From Nanobdellati archaeon (lineage in GTDB: Archaea > EX4484-52 > GLR71), in contig JAHYJR010000009.1 of the NCBI GenBank assembly GCA_019429005.1, positions 1 through 28,526 on the forward strand: DNA of 28,526 nucleotides, read 5' to 3'. Below the pieces are notes generated by a model. That model made no database searches. It was not told where the DNA came from and saw only the letters and a list, made by a program, of their open reading frames with translations. Numbering within the stretch: position 1 is the first letter of the stretch; each line of letters starts with the position of its first letter. Below are positions 1-7,983 of the stretch, piece after piece. The position numbers and the translations under genes are program-made.

Positions 1-1178
1 TTAAGATCCTTATTACCTGCAGAATTTATTTTTTCAATTATCAAATCAATTGTATGTACATATTGTGCAAAAACCATTGCTTTTTTTCCAGAAACAACAT
101 GTTCTTCAAGTAGATTTTTCAAAACGTCTAATTTAGGATGTTCAAAATCGGAAATATAAAGTTTTTCAATAAGATCAAAAGCATTCTGTATATCTTTATT
201 TGCAATAATTAATTTTGTTGCTTTTGTAGTCGTATCAGAAAAAAGCCGTTTAAGATACGCATACGTTTGGGGCACACCCTGACTTTCAAGAAGCTCTAAT
301 GCATGGCTTATTTTTATAAGAGCTGAGGCTTGTGATATTGCTTCAAATAACATAGGATCCTTATCGTATGCCAAACGAGAACCAATATTTTTTTGAAGTT
401 CTAAAATTTCGCGCTTTTTAGGTTGTGTTGTTGAAATCAAACCTTTTGAAGATAAAAATTTCACAATAGTTGCAATGTAATTATTTATATAAGTCCGGAT
501 TAAATCAAATTCTTTTGGACAATCTAATTTTAACCAATCAATTGAGGTTTCCATAACATAATCTTTTACATCCCAATCAGTTTCACTTTTGACTTCAATA
601 TTATCTATAAAAAGATTTGAACAGATACGCCCTACTTGTTCTTTTGTACCACCAGGACTTGCAGTAAGACCTAGAATCAATGGCTTTTTTGCAGATTCCA
701 TATATTTTTTTGCGATAAAAGTATAAGCATAATTCCCGCTTGCACGATGAGCCTCATCAAAAACGATAAGATTGAACACATTTAAATTTAATAACCCTTT
801 GAAAATATCATTCTGTATAACTTGAGGTGTTGCAAAAATAACATGATTTTCATTATAGATCACACCTCTATCTTTTGGAGATACAGCACCAGTCAGAATT
901 GTGAATTTACCTATAATCTCAGGTTTCATAACAGATTCAAAACTTTTTAGATGCTGTTCCACTAATGGTTTTGTAGGTGCCATTATAAGGACTTTAGAGC
1001 CTTTATCAATATGAAGACGGTGTGCTGCAATACCCACACCAATAATTGTCTTACCAATACCAGTTGGAAGAACAACAAGAGAATTCTTTTTTGAACAACC
1101 TGCAATTATAGATTCCTGATAACGCCTAAGCTCTATTGTGTTATCTTTTATAAGCGGATGCTTTATGAATTCAGTCAT
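1..1178 (-). CDS. Hef/FANCM-like (ERCC4-type) DEAH-box helicase, 3' end runs off the window
   Basis: Hand translation from ATG 1178: MTEFIKHPLIKDNTIELRRYQE...LVVLPTGIGKT (motif I), LIVFDEAHRASGNYAY (motif II), GLTASPG (motif III). Frame is open at the window edge, so it is absent from the ORF track. Confidence 0.92.
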   Translation of the reverse strand, partial: MTEFIKHPLIKDNTIELRRYQESIIAGCSKKNSLVVLPTGIGKTIIGVGIAAHRLHIDKGSKVLIMAPTKPLVEQHLKSFESVMKPEIIGKFTILTGAVSPKDRGVIYNENHVIFATPQVIQNDIFKGLLNLNVFNLIVFDEAHRASGNYAYTFIAKKYMESAKKPLILGLTASPGGTKEQVGRICSNLFIDNIEVKSETDWDVKDYVMETSIDWLKLDCPKEFDLIRTYINNYIATIVKFLSSKGLISTTQPKKREILELQKNIGSRLAYDKDPMLFEAISQASALIKISHALELLESQGVPQTYAYLKRLFSDTTTKATKLIIANKDIQNAFDLIEKLYISDFEHPKLDVLKNLLEEHVVSGKKAMVFAQYVHTIDLIIEKINSAGNKDL

Positions 1179-1278
1179 AGATTACAATAGATAAAAAAAG
1201 ATAAATAAAGATAGTATAAATTAAAAAAGATAAAAATAATAATAAAAATTAAAAAAATGATATATTAGATTTAACTAA

Positions 1279-1446
1279 TTATACCAAAGCTACACCCATT
1301 GTAATAAGCATAAATAAAATTACAAGAGCTACACCTGCACCAATTGCAAAACCAAAGCCTTGAACCATAGCCTTTTCAAGGACTGAAAGGCTAGTTTCAT
1401 CTATGTTTGTAAGGTTATCATAATGTTTCATTAAAATTTTTTTCAT
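1279..1446 (-). CDS. 55-aa single-transmembrane protein resembling Mtr small anchor subunits (MtrF-like)
   Basis: MKKILMKHYDNLTNIDETSLSVLEKAMVQGFGFAIGAGVALVILFMLITMGVALV*. GGTGAT Shine-Dalgarno at 1451-1456 just upstream of the ATG. The C-terminal GFAIG + hydrophobic helix recalls MtrF/B/G anchors. The CDS is likely; the MtrF assignment is tentative. Confidence 0.6.
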   Translation of the reverse strand: MKKILMKHYDNLTNIDETSLSVLEKAMVQGFGFAIGAGVALVILFMLITMGVALV

Positions 1447-1531
1447 AAATATCACCGATGAATAATATTATCCATAAAGGGTATATATAAGTTTAGGTTG
1501 TTATGAAATAAAAAATAGCCTTTATTAAATC

Positions 1532-2872
1532 TTAAAATAATTTATTTTCTCTTCTTGAAAAACAGGAACTTCCACCGACAAGACACTTTGGTTTACAAAG
1601 ACTGTTCACACACCGTGCCATCATAGATGCACCAAGAGCAAGACCATCTTCTACAGCATAGACCTCATAACCGTCAAGCATAGCATCAACAATATCAAGC
1701 TTATTGCCTTCTATTGCAGCACGACCCGTAAGACCCAAAATATAAGAATCTATGTATTTTTTAGATTCAGTTACAAGCACATCGATTAAAATTGCAGAGG
1801 TATTATCTATCGTATCATAGATAGCTTTCTGACCATAAGTTTCAAATAAATCACGACCAATATCTGATATTTTTCTAAGATCTGAACCATTTATACCCAC
1901 ATCAATACCTATAATTTCAATATCTTGTTCTTTTGCCTTATCAAGATATACAGGCACCATACCACACACATCTTTATTGACAGAACCTACAGAAATATAA
2001 TCCATAAGTTTAGATGAGAAATCCAAAGAACCCTCATTAAGATAATCTGCATCGCCAGACTCTAATTCACCAAGATCCATAACAGATGGATAATCATCAG
2101 TTGCAATACTGCTGACTAAAGCATCAAATATTCCACCATAAAGACCGACAAAACAGACTTTTGTCATATTATCATCAATAACTTTTCCGGCAAGAGTTGT
2201 GCCACCATCTATGAATATACCAGAATCAATATACGAATCTGAACCGAATACGCACTGTTGAAACTGTTTATTAGATTTATTAACTTCAAAAGATATTGCA
2301 TCTTTCAAGCCAGCAACCACAAGGTCGCTTTCCATACTGTTTGCAGTCACACTGTCAGGCATAACATTTGCGACATAACCGTCAAATGGCAATTTGTCAT
2401 AAACAGAATATTTCTTAAGAGATTCGGGTATATCTTGTATCATCTTTTTAGAAGGTATACCTGTATTTAAACAACCATTTGCAAGAGATATTATTATATT
2501 GTCAAGGTCTTTTGAATTATCCATACCTGCAACAATACCTGTAGACCTTACTGCAAAATCAAGATCTTTTGTGTTTAGGCGTAAATTGAAAAAAGTCTTT
2601 CGGATTGCATCTGAAATATAATCTGACAATTCAGATGTTCCTAGATTTTTGCCTAAGACAGTCTTGAAATCGTTACCATCATCAACATCACGTGTCATAG
2701 ACACACCTTTTTCTAAAAGATATGTTTTTTTGCTTGGAAACTCTGTTGCTGTAAGAATCGTTTTTACGGTTGTGTTTCCGACTTCAACAGAAAGGCATGT
2801 GAAATACTTATTTGGATTCTTCCGGAATTCTTGTACATCAAGAGTTTCGTGAACAATAGAGTGTAAAACCAT
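1532..2872 (-). CDS. Methanogenesis marker protein 14 (DUF2114)-like, ASKHA/actin-like ATPase fold
   Basis: Family-type motifs SVEVGNTTVKTILTAT, DLDFAVRSTGIVAG, LANGCL, NSMESDL, DGGTTLAG, GLTGRAAI, VEDGLALGASMMARCVNSL. Confidence 0.85.
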   Translation of the reverse strand: MVLHSIVHETLDVQEFRKNPNKYFTCLSVEVGNTTVKTILTATEFPSKKTYLLEKGVSMTRDVDDGNDFKTVLGKNLGTSELSDYISDAIRKTFFNLRLNTKDLDFAVRSTGIVAGMDNSKDLDNIIISLANGCLNTGIPSKKMIQDIPESLKKYSVYDKLPFDGYVANVMPDSVTANSMESDLVVAGLKDAISFEVNKSNKQFQQCVFGSDSYIDSGIFIDGGTTLAGKVIDDNMTKVCFVGLYGGIFDALVSSIATDDYPSVMDLGELESGDADYLNEGSLDFSSKLMDYISVGSVNKDVCGMVPVYLDKAKEQDIEIIGIDVGINGSDLRKISDIGRDLFETYGQKAIYDTIDNTSAILIDVLVTESKKYIDSYILGLTGRAAIEGNKLDIVDAMLDGYEVYAVEDGLALGASMMARCVNSLCKPKCLVGGSSCFSRRENKLF

Positions 2873-3049
2873 CTTTAATCAACAAATTATACATAATAAC
2901 AAAATACTAACAACAATAATAGAAACTATAATAGTATAGAATCGAATATTACATATTATAACAATACTAAATATATCACCAAGCAATAATTTAAAACTTA
3001 TGAGTGATAAAATCTATAAGTATATAAAATTTAAAAAATATTTTTTAGT

Positions 3050-4684
3050 ATGAGTGATTCTTCAAAAAAGAATATCTGGCCTTTAATAAAACCAGATATA
3101 ACTATACTAAATGAAGACGGATATGTTGCAGTTGCAACTTTAGATAACAAAAAACTTGATTTCTCTGATGTAAAAAATGTTTTGATACAAGGCCCTTTAA
3201 TAACTGAAAATGTAGGTATTGAAAAGCTTGTCATTAATACAGTAACAAATCCCTACATTAGATATCTTGTACTTGTTGATAGCGAAGTTATGGGTCATAA
3301 ACCAGCACACACAATAAATGCACTTGTCGAGAATGGAATAGATGAAGATACAAAAAGGATTATTGGTGCAGAAGGTGCTATACCGAATATCCCAAACATT
3401 AATGATGATATAATTGCGCATTTTAGAGAACAAATTGAAATCGTAAACCTTGTAAAAGATTATAACCCAGATCTACAAGTGCTTTCAGATGATATATATT
3501 TAGAAACTATAAAAGAACAAATTGCAAATTTACCTAAAAAAGATTCTTTTACAACTTATGAACATAAAATTGACTTACCACTTCTTGGAACACCGATGAA
3601 AGAAATGAAACCAAGAATATCTGATAATATAGCTAACAGCATGATATACCCTACTGCATCTCATCCGTTTAATGAACTTAGAGGAGGTACAGACATATCA
3701 TCTTGGAATCGTAAAATATCTAATATAGGCGGAACATTACTTGGAGGATACCCTGGACAGTTTCCAATCTTTATGGGTGGAAGCATATTCTATAAAGGAC
3801 ATGATATCCTAAAAGATTCAAAAAAAGGTATTTTTGATGAAAAAAGAGCAGAAGAATTAATATTATGCCAAGATGCATTATCTTCAAAATATAACATTCC
3901 ATGCTTTATTGACCTTGTTGCAGACACTAAAGAAGCTGCTGAAAAATACATATTATTTTTTACTGAAATAAGTGATTCACCGTTTGCTATTGATTCAGGA
4001 GTCTCTGATGTTAGAATACATGCTGCACAATTTGCAGAGGAAATTGGACTTGGAAACAGATTAATCTATAACTCACTTAACATGGGTATTGATGAGAAAG
4101 AAGCGTCATACTTACAAAATAATCCGCCACAAAATGCAATTGTCCTCGCATATTCAAGTGAATATGGATTATCAAAAAAAGAGGATGTATTATATTCAAG
4201 AGGTCTCGTAACTCATGACGAGATTCTTAAAATGAATCGTAAAGAACTTACAAAACTTGCAAGGACAAGTACATTATCATTTGCAGAAGCAATAGGAATC
4301 CCAAATATACTTATTGATACAGCAGCAGTTAGCGGAATGGATGGCTTGATTGCACTTGAAAAATTCAATGATTATGGTTATCCTTTAGGTTGTGGTGCAC
4401 ATAACGTGATTCAAGATCCAAAAAATAGCTATGCTAGTGTTAGTATAAATGCAATTTCAAGAATAAAGGGTGCGGATTTTCTTTTATATGGACCAATAGA
4501 TAGCTCAAAAGAAAACTTTTCTTCAATGAACCAAATAGAAAAAGTTATGGGCGATTATAATACTAAATCATTTAATATAATTCCAGCAACAAAACATCCT
4601 TTTTGGGGCGAGGAGGATAAAGATGAATCTTGTAGACCCGGAATATGTACAAGACCATGTCGTAAGACAAATATTGTGCCATAG
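3050..4684 (+). CDS. MtrA-MtrH fusion (cobamide-binding domain + pterin methyltransferase TIM barrel), soluble MtxA/MtxH-like
   Basis: aa ~1-165 MtrA-like (WPL...VAVATL...TENVGIEKLV...NPYIRYL...SEVMGH...IIGAEGAIP...FREQIEIV, His83). From aa ~219 MtrH-like (IGGTLLGGYPGQFP...GSIFYKGH...KGIFDEKRAEELI; PFAIDS; LIYNSLN; PLGCGAHN; GADFLLYGPI). No TM helix seen. Confidence 0.9.
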   Translation: MSDSSKKNIWPLIKPDITILNEDGYVAVATLDNKKLDFSDVKNVLIQGPLITENVGIEKLVINTVTNPYIRYLVLVDSEVMGHKPAHTINALVENGIDEDTKRIIGAEGAIPNIPNINDDIIAHFREQIEIVNLVKDYNPDLQVLSDDIYLETIKEQIANLPKKDSFTTYEHKIDLPLLGTPMKEMKPRISDNIANSMIYPTASHPFNELRGGTDISSWNRKISNIGGTLLGGYPGQFPIFMGGSIFYKGHDILKDSKKGIFDEKRAEELILCQDALSSKYNIPCFIDLVADTKEAAEKYILFFTEISDSPFAIDSGVSDVRIHAAQFAEEIGLGNRLIYNSLNMGIDEKEASYLQNNPPQNAIVLAYSSEYGLSKKEDVLYSRGLVTHDEILKMNRKELTKLARTSTLSFAEAIGIPNILIDTAAVSGMDGLIALEKFNDYGYPLGCGAHNVIQDPKNSYASVSINAISRIKGADFLLYGPIDSSKENFSSMNQIEKVMGDYNTKSFNIIPATKHPFWGEEDKDESCRPGICTRPCRKTNIVP

Positions 4685-4701
4685 TAAGATCTGTGATTAT
4701 T

Positions 4702-6057
4702 ATGAATAATATAATAAAAGATCCAAACATATTACGTGGAAAAACATTTCCAAATGTTTGGAGACAATATCTTGATGACATAAACCGGAATGGCCTTAGA
4801 AATTATACTGAAGAAAAAGGCATAATTAATGAAAATTTCTGTACGCTTGCTGTTATCACAGACGTAAATAGTGGTAAGATACTTCCAGATGAATACAATA
4901 CAATTTCTGAAGCTAATATGCCCGGATACCTTAAAGAATATGGAAGCATAACCTGCATGGATAATCTTGATTTTGAATATACATATGGTGAACTTGAATG
5001 TGATCATTTTGGATATAATCAGCTCGAAGATGCTATCAGTAAAATCCAAAATAATCCAGAAGGAACATATGCTACAATGAGATGGGATCCTCCAGTCGCA
5101 TGGGATACAAAAAGTAGACCTTGTCTTGTATCTTCAATATGGAAAGAATTTAATGACGCAATACATACAATACAGATTGTAAGAGTGCATGATATAAAAG
5201 GAGGGATACCTGCAAACAATTACGGAGTTACAAACGCTTGGGGACAAAATGTATCTAACGCACTTAACATACCACTTGGTGATGTAGCATATCTTTCAAT
5301 AGTTCCGGATTTTAGAGATACAAATCTTAAAGAGGTTGAAACTATAACAAGATCATATGAAAACTGTGATCGTAACCTTATACCTAAAAACAGATCACAT
5401 TTACCAGGACCTGTACTTGTGAAAGCAAATGATATTAATACAGCATATCAAAAAGCAAAAGATGCATTTAAAAGACATTCAAAAGAAAATGTTAGTCAAA
5501 AGGAATTGATTCTTGGTGTATTTATAAGAGATGTAGATACAACAAACACAGACTATTATAATCTAGAGATTGTAGAAAAAACATTAAATGGTGAAAATGT
5601 TGTTGGGAATCGTCTCTGTAACTTTGAAGGTTATCCTGAAAGGACTGCAGAATATCTAAGAGGACATATCCGTGAGATTAAAGCTATGGATGATGATAAA
5701 TTTGACATATTTAAACAAGCACTCCCTAGAAAAATTGACCAGATTGAACAAAATGTAACTGGAAAATATGGTCTGATTGAAATGCCAAATCTTGTAAGAG
5801 TTGGTATGACACCATATGATCCTGTAAAAGATAAAAAAGGTACAGATACAAACCTTCTTTGGGCACAACCGCTCATACGTGGCGGTAGAATGAACATGGT
5901 CGGCGTTTATTTAGATTCTTCTACAGACGATTTCTCTGATGATTTCTCAACCATTGCAGGCATACAAAATCATATAACTGAGCGTGTCAATAATGAAACA
6001 GGACAGAAACTTGAAAATGGAAGTATATTTATTCAATATGCACCAATACATGATTAA
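4702..6057 (+). CDS. Thymidylate synthase-fold protein with two tandem archaeal-type TS domains (first keeps the catalytic Cys, second degenerate)
   Basis: Domain 1: FEYTYG...NQL...NNP...WDP...PCL...RVHD..GIPAN. Domain 2: GNRL...DQI...PNLVR..YDP..D...IRGGRMNM without PC. ATG 4702 preferred over GTG 4693 because GTGAT looks like the SD. Starts 17 nt after the mtrAH stop. Confidence 0.8.
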   Translation: MNNIIKDPNILRGKTFPNVWRQYLDDINRNGLRNYTEEKGIINENFCTLAVITDVNSGKILPDEYNTISEANMPGYLKEYGSITCMDNLDFEYTYGELECDHFGYNQLEDAISKIQNNPEGTYATMRWDPPVAWDTKSRPCLVSSIWKEFNDAIHTIQIVRVHDIKGGIPANNYGVTNAWGQNVSNALNIPLGDVAYLSIVPDFRDTNLKEVETITRSYENCDRNLIPKNRSHLPGPVLVKANDINTAYQKAKDAFKRHSKENVSQKELILGVFIRDVDTTNTDYYNLEIVEKTLNGENVVGNRLCNFEGYPERTAEYLRGHIREIKAMDDDKFDIFKQALPRKIDQIEQNVTGKYGLIEMPNLVRVGMTPYDPVKDKKGTDTNLLWAQPLIRGGRMNMVGVYLDSSTDDFSDDFSTIAGIQNHITERVNNETGQKLENGSIFIQYAPIHD

Positions 6058-6075
6058 CTGTGTTAAAACCATCAG

Positions 6076-6955
6076 ATGATAAACATGAAACCTGTAGATT
6101 TACATATACACACAAATATGTCTGATGGAAATATATCTTCTGAAGAAATAATAAAAATTGTTTCAGGTAAACTTTCAGCTATAGCTTTTACAAACCATGA
6201 AAGCATAAAAGCATATGAAAATGTTACTGTTGAACTTGGAAAAAAATATAATGTTTAAATTATAACAGGAACTGAAATAAATGTCAATCATAACGGTATA
6301 AATTGTGAGATACTAGGATATCTGTTTGATTCTAAAGATGAAAAACTAAATTGTTTTTTAGATAAACTCAATAAAACAAAATTAGGTTCAATTAAAAAAT
6401 TAATTGATATAATTAATTCTGAAGATATTTTGAATAAACCGATAGATATTGAATCTTATTTTTCTAAATCAAATCATATAAACAAACATCATGTCGCAAA
6501 AGGTATGATTGAAAACGGTTATAATGACACAAAAGATACAATATTCAAAAACTATTTTACTATAGATAAAATAAAACAAACAGAATGGAAATTTCCACGA
6601 CTTAAAACAGCATCAAAGATTATTAGGGATGCAGGTGGTGCGGTTGGAATTGCACACCCTGAAAGGATAGCTATTCAAGATAAACTCAAATTCATAAAAG
6701 ACATAATGCCGCACATCACAATAATTGAAGCGATATATAACTATCGTGAATTTAGGAACTCTAAATAAAATAAACAATTCAGACAGGATTCTGAAAAAAA
6801 AAATAACCTTTGCAAAAAATGAAGGGCTTTTAATCTGCGGTGGATCTGATTTTCATTATCTTAACAAAAATGAAGAAAATGTTCTTGGTAAATTTTCCAT
6901 ACCCTATGAGTATCTTGAAAAGATAAAAGAAGCTAATTTGAAACATAATAGATAA
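6076..6955 (+). pseudogene. PHP-family (YciV/TrpH-like) metal-dependent phosphoesterase, disrupted
   Basis: DLHIHTNMSDG, FTNHE, (in-frame TAA 6256-6258) ITGTEIN...EILGY, AHPER, then GGSDFH in the +1 frame. Second TAA at 6766-6768 and an A10 run at 6794-6803. Confidence 0.85.
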
Positions 6956-6975
6956 AATACAGTTTTTTGTTTTGA

Positions 6976-7587
6976 TTATTTTTTTCTTACAGTTCCAATA
7001 CCCGGAAATACAGCATCATAATCCCTAAAAAGCTTATACTGTGCATCTTTATCCTCAGTCCGATATAATTTTTTCTGAGTAACATTAGAAATGTCATCAA
7101 ATACATTTACATCACCCCAACCATTTGGGTTTGGAAATGCATAAAATGGTATATGTTCAGGCACACCCTCAATAAAGATAGTATTTATATCTGAACCAAT
7201 ACTTCTTGCATGGTATGATCTATGTGCACCATCCTCTACCAATATAACACCACCATCAATATCTGACCTATGTGTTATCACAGGAAGCAATGTATATGTA
7301 AAAGTGCCATCATCTATAACGTAGCCTTTCTCAAGACAATAGCTGTTTATATCAAATTCGTTAATCAAAGTCTTATGTAAAATATCCTGCATCTTAATAC
7401 GATCTTCTAAGACATAGAAAGCTGTAGGTGATAATTCATCTGTATGGAACTTCTTAATAGATACATTTGCTTCTTTATATGGACAGATTTCCGAATTAAA
7501 AAGAAGTGGCGTATTCTTTATCCCTGAGATAAGATCTTGAGTTGATAGTTCATCACAGATTTCAATATTAAGAGGATTATCTTGCAT
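6976..7587 (-). CDS. Hypothetical protein with ParB/Sulfiredoxin-like motif
   Basis: 203 aa. LSPTAFYV...LLPVI...ILVEDGAHRSYHA..IG resembles the ParB/Srx P-x(n)-DGxHR core. Confidence 0.55.
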   Translation of the reverse strand: MQDNPLNIEICDELSTQDLISGIKNTPLLFNSEICPYKEANVSIKKFHTDELSPTAFYVLEDRIKMQDILHKTLINEFDINSYCLEKGYVIDDGTFTYTLLPVITHRSDIDGGVILVEDGAHRSYHARSIGSDINTIFIEGVPEHIPFYAFPNPNGWGDVNVFDDISNVTQKKLYRTEDKDAQYKLFRDYDAVFPGIGTVRKK

Positions 7588-7662
7588 AATTAATTTTAAG
7601 ATTTAAAGAATATAAATGCGAACAAATTAAGTTTATATTTATATCGGATGAGTTATAACATA

Positions 7663-7881
7663 CAAATATTTAACAGAAAATATTTAACAGAAAATATTTA
7701 ACAGAAAATATTTAACAGAAAATATTTAACAGAAAATATTTAACAGAAAATATTTAACAGAAAATATTTAACAGAAAATATTTAACAGAAAATATTTAAC
7801 AGAAAATATTTAACACACAATATTTAACAGACAATATTTAACAGAAAATATTTAACAGAAAATATTTAACAGAAAATATTT
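7663..7881. repeat. Non-coding 14-bp tandem repeat (AAAATATTTAACAG) x ~15.6
   Basis: 15 full units at 7663-7872 plus a 9-bp partial. Single-base variants in units at 7663, 7803, 7817 and 7831. No spacers. Confidence 0.97.
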
Positions 7882-7983
7882 GAAAATAATAAAAAACTAA
7901 TTTCAAAAAAAATAAAATTAAATTTAAAAATAATAAAAATAGATTTATATAGAATTATACTATTATCTCTAACAAAATCTAGA

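Noticed and set aside
2878-2985. Hydrophobic ~35-codon minus-strand micro-ORF in the divergent intergenic region
   Set aside because: TTG start with no well-placed SD. The hydrophobicity follows from T-rich composition.
1532-4684. Evidence that the organism is a methanogen
   Set aside because: No mtrBCDEG or mcr in the window, MtrA lacks its membrane anchor, and the operon partner is a TS-fold gene. Cannot be fully excluded without the whole genome.
7663-7881. CRISPR array
   Set aside because: Head-to-tail 14-bp units with no unique spacers, and no cas genes in the window.
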